Notes under the pieces: model-generated
Databases searched by the model: none
What the model saw: only the letters and a program-made list of their open reading frames with translations
Told to the model about the DNA's origin: nothing
Made by a program: the position numbers and the translations under genes
Assembly (NCBI GenBank): GCA_944383265.1
Contig: CALWOX010000005.1
Location: 79,863 to 143,862 of the forward strand
Direction of reading: 5' to 3'
From: an uncultured Lachnospiraceae bacterium
GTDB taxonomy: Bacteria > Bacillota > Clostridia > Lachnospirales > Lachnospiraceae
Length of the DNA: 64,000 nucleotides
Shown: positions 59,008-64,000 of the stretch, piece by piece
Layout of the letters: the number at the start of each line of letters is the position of its first letter
Numbering within the stretch: position 1 is the stretch's first letter

Positions 59008-60693
59008 ATGTCAGCAGATGATAAAAGAAGAAGGCAGTTTCAGGCCCTCGGAAAAAACAGAAGCAAGGCATACAGAAATTCATACAGAAATGATTTATAT
59101 GAGGACAGCTCCGGCTATTCGGGGGCTTATTACGGAACCGACAATGACCACAGGCAGGCAGGATACAGGAAACCTGCGGGAGCCTCCTATCAGAGAAGTA
59201 CAAAAAAGGGCCGCAGTCCTCACAGAAGGTATTCCTCATATACAGGGAGAAGCTCCCAAAGTGCAGCCGCAAGGAGGAGAGCCGCGCGAAGAAGGAGACG
59301 AAATATAAATATCATAAAGCTTATATTGGCCCTGGTAGCGCTGCTTCTTATATTGGCGGGTATAATTTTCGGAGTAAAAAAGCTTATAGGAATTATAAAA
59401 GGACCCGAGGACTATATTGCAACAGTTTCGGAGGCCCGTATTGAGGATACGACGGAACCTGAGACTACCGCGCAATCAAAAAAGGACAGGATACTTTCAG
59501 AGGCGAATCTCCTTGCCCTCCAATATGACTATGACAGTGCCATAGAGCTTATACGCTCTGACGAGGAGGTGGCGGGAAGTGCCGAGGGAATCGATGCCAT
59601 GGCCCGATACGAGGAGATAAAGTCAGGCCTTGTGGAGCAGGACATCTCAAAGATAACCCATGTATTTTTCCACAGCCTTGTCGTGGATGAGGAGAATGCC
59701 TTCAATAAGGAGAAATGGGGACGACAGGCCGACGGATACAATCAGGTCATGACAACTGTTACCGAGTTTGAGAAGATGCTTGATAAGTTTTACAGTGACG
59801 GCTTTGTCCTGGTAGGGCTTCACGACATGGCCTCAATGCAGCCTGACGAGGACGGAAACATGGTGATGACTCCCGGAAAAATAATGCTCCCTTCCGGCAA
59901 AAAAGCTATGGTAATGAGTCAGGATGACCTATGCTATTATGAATATATGGAAGGCGCGGGATTTGCCGACAGGATAATAGTCGGAGATGACGGGAAACCC
60001 ACCTGCGTTTATACTGCTCCTGACGGAAGCGAGATAACAGGAGATTATGATCTTGTCCCTATACTTGACAGATTTGTAGAGGAACATCCTGATTTTTCAT
60101 ATAGAGGTGCAAAGGCATGCCTTGCATTTACCGGCTATAACGGCATACTGGGTTACAGGACTGATGAGACCTATGATCCTGATTCGGATATGTATGATTC
60201 CGAGAAGAAGGCGAATGAAAATATTGAGGCGGACAGGGAGACTGCAAGGCAGGTAATAAGCTGTCTCAAGGATGCGGGATATGAGCTGGCCTCCCACAGC
60301 TGGGGTCACAAGAATTATACTGACATAAGCTATGACCACATGAAGAGGGATGCGGACAGATGGGATAAGAACGTAAATAAAGAGCTTATGGACGGAGAAT
60401 GTGACATTATACTTTTCCCCTTCGGAGCGGATGTGGGCGACTGGCATATGTATACCCATGACAATGCAAAGTTTGATTATCTGTGGGATCTCGGGTTTCG
60501 GTATTTCTGCAATGTCGATTCCTCACAGTACTGGGTACAGCTCGGGAAGGATTATATGAGGCAGGGAAGGAGAAATCTTGACGGCTATGCTATGTGGAAC
60601 GATATAGCAAACGGAAAGAACAGGCTTTCTGATCTCTTCGACGCATCCGAGATATTCAGCGACAAGCGCCCCACTCCTGTGCCGGGATATTAG
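59008..60693 (+). CDS. membrane-anchored polysaccharide-deacetylase-like protein
   Basis: 561 aa. It has a disordered basic N-terminal tail of about 100 aa (…AARRRAARRRRRN), one TM helix (IIKLILALVALLLILAGIIFGV) and a large extracytoplasmic domain with an NodB-like HSWGH motif. Confidence 0.7.
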   Translation: MSADDKRRRQFQALGKNRSKAYRNSYRNDLYEDSSGYSGAYYGTDNDHRQAGYRKPAGASYQRSTKKGRSPHRRYSSYTGRSSQSAAARRRAARRRRRNINIIKLILALVALLLILAGIIFGVKKLIGIIKGPEDYIATVSEARIEDTTEPETTAQSKKDRILSEANLLALQYDYDSAIELIRSDEEVAGSAEGIDAMARYEEIKSGLVEQDISKITHVFFHSLVVDEENAFNKEKWGRQADGYNQVMTTVTEFEKMLDKFYSDGFVLVGLHDMASMQPDEDGNMVMTPGKIMLPSGKKAMVMSQDDLCYYEYMEGAGFADRIIVGDDGKPTCVYTAPDGSEITGDYDLVPILDRFVEEHPDFSYRGAKACLAFTGYNGILGYRTDETYDPDSDMYDSEKKANENIEADRETARQVISCLKDAGYELASHSWGHKNYTDISYDHMKRDADRWDKNVNKELMDGECDIILFPFGADVGDWHMYTHDNAKFDYLWDLGFRYFCNVDSSQYWVQLGKDYMRQGRRNLDGYAMWNDIANGKNRLSDLFDASEIFSDKRPTPVPGY

Positions 60694-60722
60694 AAGTTTT
60701 AAAATTAAACAGTCAAGTTTAC

Positions 60723-60767
60723 AGGCTGAAGTTCTCAAGTATTATTTGAGAGGGCTTCAGCCTTTTA
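60723..60767 (+). terminator. intrinsic terminator after the deacetylase-like gene
   Basis: AGGCTGAAG / CTTCAGCCT outer stem with an inner helix TTCTCAA..TTGAGAG, followed by TTTT. Confidence 0.7.
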
Positions 60768-60857
60768 GATTTCTTCACATTCTTCGTAAAGTCAAAGTAT
60801 TTGTGATTTTACTGAACAGGATTGATGTATTGTACTGAAATAAATACATTAAAGGTA

Positions 60858-60886
60858 TTTACAAAATTATAAATATGCAATATTAT
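60858..60886 (+). promoter_or_regulatory. sigma-70-like promoter for the amino-acid ABC transporter operon
   Basis: TTTACA (60858-60863), 17 nt, TATTAT (60881-60886). Confidence 0.5.
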
Positions 60887-60981
60887 ACATAATCATACAA
60901 AAAACGGATTGTTTCATTTTGAGATAACCTGGTATTCAAATAATTAAAGCTCAAAAAGGCGACCGAAAAGAGGAGGAAATT

Positions 60982-61839
60982 ATGAAAAAGCACAATATAC
61001 TTAAAGCATTCGGAATCATGGCGATATTAAGCCTCGGACTTACAGCATGCGGAGGCGGAGAGTCCACAACAGAGACAGCTGAGGCGGCAAACAGGCTTGA
61101 AGCCATAAAGGCGGCAGGAAAAATAACTATGGCTACGAGCCCTGACTTTGCACCCTATGAGTTTGAGGATATCAGCAGCGGATCAACTCAGTATGTGGGC
61201 TCGGACATAGAGCTCGGAAAGTATATAGCGGAGCAGCTAGGAGTGGAGCTTGAGATACAACCCATGGACTTTTCGGCCTGTCAGGCTGCAGTTACCACAG
61301 GCTCTGTAGACATGGCAATATCCTGCTTTGCCTCAACTCCCGAGAGAGAGGAGAGTATGGGACTTTCACACGGCTACAGCATAGATCAGACTCAGCCTAA
61401 TCAGGGACTTTTGGTCCTTGCGGAGAATAAGGACAGCTATACAAAGGCAGAGGATTTTGCGGGAAAGAAGATCGCGGCTCAGAACGGAGCTCTTCAGCAG
61501 CAGCTTGTAGCCGAGCAGCTTCCTGATGCGGAGATGGTTCCCGTAACAACAGCAAATGACGGAGTTATGATGCTTACAACAGGAAAGGTCGATGCCCTTG
61601 CCATAGCGACTTCAGTCGGAGAATCATACGTAAAGAATTATCCCGAGATATGCTTGAGCGACTTCTACTTTGACTATGACTCACCCGGAAACGTAGTTGC
61701 TGTCACAAAGGGAGAGGATGAGCTCCTTGAGGCAATAAATGAGATAGTTGACGACGTGATGGAGCAGGGACTTTATCAGCAGTGGTTTGACGAGAGCATG
61801 GAGCTTGCAACCTCTCTCGGCTTGGTTGACGAGGAGTAA
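60982..61839 (+). CDS. amino-acid ABC transporter substrate-binding lipoprotein
   Basis: 285 aa with a lipobox (LGLTAC) and a family-3 solute-binding-protein pattern ([11 protein letters not shown]). A GAGGAGG RBS precedes the start. Confidence 0.88.
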   Translation: MKKHNILKAFGIMAILSLGLTACGGGESTTETAEAANRLEAIKAAGKITMATSPDFAPYEFEDISSGSTQYVGSDIELGKYIAEQLGVELEIQPMDFSACQAAVTTGSVDMAISCFASTPEREESMGLSHGYSIDQTQPNQGLLVLAENKDSYTKAEDFAGKKIAAQNGALQQQLVAEQLPDAEMVPVTTANDGVMMLTTGKVDALAIATSVGESYVKNYPEICLSDFYFDYDSPGNVVAVTKGEDELLEAINEIVDDVMEQGLYQQWFDESMELATSLGLVDEE

Positions 61840-61893
61840 TATCGACAGAATCGATCGGCAACTCAATATAGATAACTGAAGGAGTGAATAGTC

Positions 61894-62571
61894 TTGATAG
61901 AGAATATAGTTCGTGTTTGGGAAAAATATTGGCCGCTTTTTGTACAGGGAATCGGCATGACACTGCTTTTAAGTGCTATAATAGTTCTGTGCGGAAGTAT
62001 ACTGGGCTTTTTGATAGCGCTCTTGAGGATGAGCAAGCTTAAGGTATTTCATATAAAGCCCTTGAACGCTATTGCGAGCATTTATGTGGAGATAATAAGG
62101 GGAACCCCCATGCTCCTGCAACTTTACTTTTTCTACTTCCTCCTGCCGGAGATGCTTCCCTTTATGAACCTTCCTCCCATTGTCTGCGTGACAGTTGCCC
62201 TCTGCCTTAACTCGGCGGCCTACGTTTCCGAGGTAATAAGGGCAGGAATCCAGGGAATAGACAAGGGACAGTCGGAGGCGGCCCGTTCACTGGGACTTAA
62301 TCAGAGACAGGCAATGATGAAGGTCGTCCTTCCTCAGGCCATAAAAAACATACTTCCCGCCCTCGGAAACGAGTTTGTCATGATGATAAAGGATACTTCC
62401 CTTGCATCTACCTTCTTTGCGGGAGAGCTTATGACAGTATACAAGACTGTATCGGGAATAGTTTACCTTCCCATAGAGCCTCTTATAATTGTAGGAATCG
62501 TATACCTTGTGGTTACCTTCAGCCTGTCAAAGCTTGTTCAGCTCTTTGAGAGAAGGATGGCAACAGCATAA
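61894..62571 (+). CDS. amino-acid ABC transporter permease (His/Glu/Gln/Arg/opine family)
   Basis: 225 aa with the EAA loop GQSEAARSLGLNQRQAMMKVVLPQA. The start is TTG, after GAAGGAG. Confidence 0.88.
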   Translation: MIENIVRVWEKYWPLFVQGIGMTLLLSAIIVLCGSILGFLIALLRMSKLKVFHIKPLNAIASIYVEIIRGTPMLLQLYFFYFLLPEMLPFMNLPPIVCVTVALCLNSAAYVSEVIRAGIQGIDKGQSEAARSLGLNQRQAMMKVVLPQAIKNILPALGNEFVMMIKDTSLASTFFAGELMTVYKTVSGIVYLPIEPLIIVGIVYLVVTFSLSKLVQLFERRMATA

Positions 62572-62601
62572 ACAGGAATTTCTTTGACAAAGGAGAACAT
62601 A

Positions 62602-63366
62602 ATGTCAGCAGAGAAAAAATCGGTTGAAAATAACGATATATTGATAAAGGTCGTAGATCTGAAGAAAAACTTCGGAGACCTTCAGGTATTAAAGGGTGTA
62701 AGCGAGGACATCAGAAAGGGAGAGGTGGTCTCTGTCATAGGCCCATCGGGAGGAGGAAAATCCACCTTTTTGAGATGCCTTAATCTTCTTGAGATACCTG
62801 ACGGCGGAAAGGTTTATTTCGAGGGAGTGGACATCACTGACAAGAGCGTCGATATAAACAAGCACAGACAGAAGATGGGAATGGTGTTCCAGCACTTTAA
62901 CGTATTCCCCAATATGACGGTGGGAGAAAATATAACCATGGCTCCCGTGCTTCTCGGTAAAAAGACAAAGGAGGAGGCTGACAAGCTTGCGGATGAGCTG
63001 CTTTTGAGAGTCGGACTTTCAGACAAGAAAAACGAGTATCCCCAGAAGCTCTCGGGAGGACAGAAGCAGAGGCTTGCCATAGTAAGGGCCCTTGCCATGG
63101 AGCCTGATGTAATGCTTTTTGACGAGCCCACCTCGGCCCTTGACCCTGAGATGGTAGGAGAGGTGCTTCAGGTAATAAAGGAGCTTGTTAAGACAGGAAT
63201 GACAACAGTCATAGTCACTCACGAGATGGGATTTGCCAAGGAGATCAGCGACAGGGTACTCTTTATGGACGGAGGCATTATAGCCGAGGAGGGAACACCC
63301 GAGGAAGTATTCGAGAATCCTAAGAATCCCAGAACAAAGGAGTTTTTGAGCAAGGTTCTCTATTAG
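62602..63366 (+). CDS. amino-acid ABC transporter ATP-binding protein (GlnQ-like)
   Basis: Walker A is GPSGGGKST, the signature is LSGGQKQR and Walker B is [12 protein letters not shown] set the start at the ATG at 62602, after AAGGAG. Confidence 0.92.
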   Translation: MSAEKKSVENNDILIKVVDLKKNFGDLQVLKGVSEDIRKGEVVSVIGPSGGGKSTFLRCLNLLEIPDGGKVYFEGVDITDKSVDINKHRQKMGMVFQHFNVFPNMTVGENITMAPVLLGKKTKEEADKLADELLLRVGLSDKKNEYPQKLSGGQKQRLAIVRALAMEPDVMLFDEPTSALDPEMVGEVLQVIKELVKTGMTTVIVTHEMGFAKEISDRVLFMDGGIIAEEGTPEEVFENPKNPRTKEFLSKVLY

Positions 63367-63393
63367 AAACCCGGACAGGGAGGATGACCTGAA

Positions 63394-64000
63394 ATGGACA
63401 AGAAAAAATATACAGACTATATAGATGAAAAGAAGGATACATTTATCGATGTATCCGACCGCATTTGGGAGTATGCTGAGCTTAGCCTTAAGGAATTCAA
63501 GTCCTGCGAGCTTTACTGTAAGGTACTTAAGGAGGAGGGCTTTGAGGTTGAATCTCCCATATGCGGAATAGAGACAGCATTTAAGGCAAGCTACGGCTCA
63601 GGCAGACCCGTAATAGGAATACTCGGAGAGTACGATGCACTGACAGGCCTCTCCCAGGTAGCTGAGGGTACCGAGCGCAAGGAACTTGTTGAGGGCGGCT
63701 GCGGACACGGATGCGGACACAACATGTTGGGAGCAGGCTCAATGGCCGCCGCATTTGCGGTAAAGAAGTACCTTGAGGATAAGGGAGAGGGAAGCGGAAC
63801 CGTTATATTCTTCGGATGCCCCGGAGAAGAGGGCGGAGCTTCAAAGGCTTTTATGGCAAGAGACGGGGTCTGGAAGGATCTCGACTGCGCTATTACCTGG
63901 CATCCGGGGGACTGTAATCAGGTCACAAGCGGTACCTGCAATTCATGTATACAGACTGAATACGCCTTTAAGGGTATCGCATCTCATGCGGCGGGAGCTC
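63394..64000 (+). CDS. M20D family amidohydrolase (AbgB-like), truncated at the 3' window edge
   Basis: The frame is open from the ATG at 63394 to the window end and is absent from the track because it has no stop. The translation is MDKKKYTDYIDEKKDTFIDVSDRIWEYAELSLKEF...GEYDALTGLSQ...GHGCGHNMLGAG...FFGCPGEEGGASK. A GGGAGG RBS precedes the start. Confidence 0.8.
   Translation, partial: MDKKKYTDYIDEKKDTFIDVSDRIWEYAELSLKEFKSCELYCKVLKEEGFEVESPICGIETAFKASYGSGRPVIGILGEYDALTGLSQVAEGTERKELVEGGCGHGCGHNMLGAGSMAAAFAVKKYLEDKGEGSGTVIFFGCPGEEGGASKAFMARDGVWKDLDCAITWHPGDCNQVTSGTCNSCIQTEYAFKGIASHAAGA

Noticed and set aside
58943-59308. 121-aa plus-strand ORF and 105-aa minus-strand ORF overlapping the 5' end of the 561-aa deacetylase-like gene
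   Set aside because: They are alternative frames of a compositionally biased (Arg/Gly/Ser codon-rich) stretch. The 561-aa frame continues into a TM helix and a conserved domain, so I prefer it.

Overview
This 64-kb window looks like core chromosome from a low-to-moderate GC Firmicutes/Clostridia-type anaerobe. The signs are AGGAGG-type ribosome-binding sites, frequent TTG/GTG starts, tightly packed co-directional operons and GC-rich hairpin plus T-run terminators. About 58 of roughly 62 genes lie on the + strand.

Content, in order:
- Glycolysis and fermentation: ppdK, eno, ldh.
- A nitrosative-stress-type cluster: Crp/Fnr regulator, ferredoxin-like protein, hybrid-cluster protein Hcp, a CXXC microprotein, and a membrane polyferredoxin.
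- A stand-alone carB with a long terminator-containing leader.
- A small amidohydrolase/redox/methyltransferase cluster.
- A MarR-controlled transporter plus M20-peptidase locus.
- maf, an M18 aminopeptidase, gdhA and an SNF-family transporter.
- A HAD hydrolase, an aminotransferase, eda and a ThrE-type exporter pair.
- purB and an 8-gene purine operon: purE-F-M-N, a PurO-like IMP cyclohydrolase, an AICARFT-only purH, purD and a single-chain purL.
- A NodB-family deacetylase.
- A COG1373-type ATPase plus SDR pair.
- A hisS-aspS-...-rdgB housekeeping operon.
- Two ABC transporters, a TrpR-like YerC protein, a second deacetylase-like membrane protein, and a 3'-truncated M20D amidohydrolase.

I found no rRNA, tRNA, CRISPR array, IS element, integrase or phage module. 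I cannot point to a convincing new multi-gene system.

The strongest non-obvious signal is an in-frame UGA in an ArsM-like methyltransferase (16839-17618). It aligns with a conserved catalytic Cys and is followed 11 nt later by a hairpin, which is a likely selenocysteine recoding event that the ORF track splits. Other points worth follow-up:
- An unlisted 45-aa CXXC microprotein gene at 9108-9245.
- Two long unassigned terminator-containing leaders, upstream of carB and purE, that match no riboswitch core I could recognise by eye.
- A 34-bp palindromic operator candidate at the MarR locus.
- A solitary AAA+/PD-(D/E)xK-like ATPase gene.

All functional calls rest on motif recognition in the translated ORFs. 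No database search was run.
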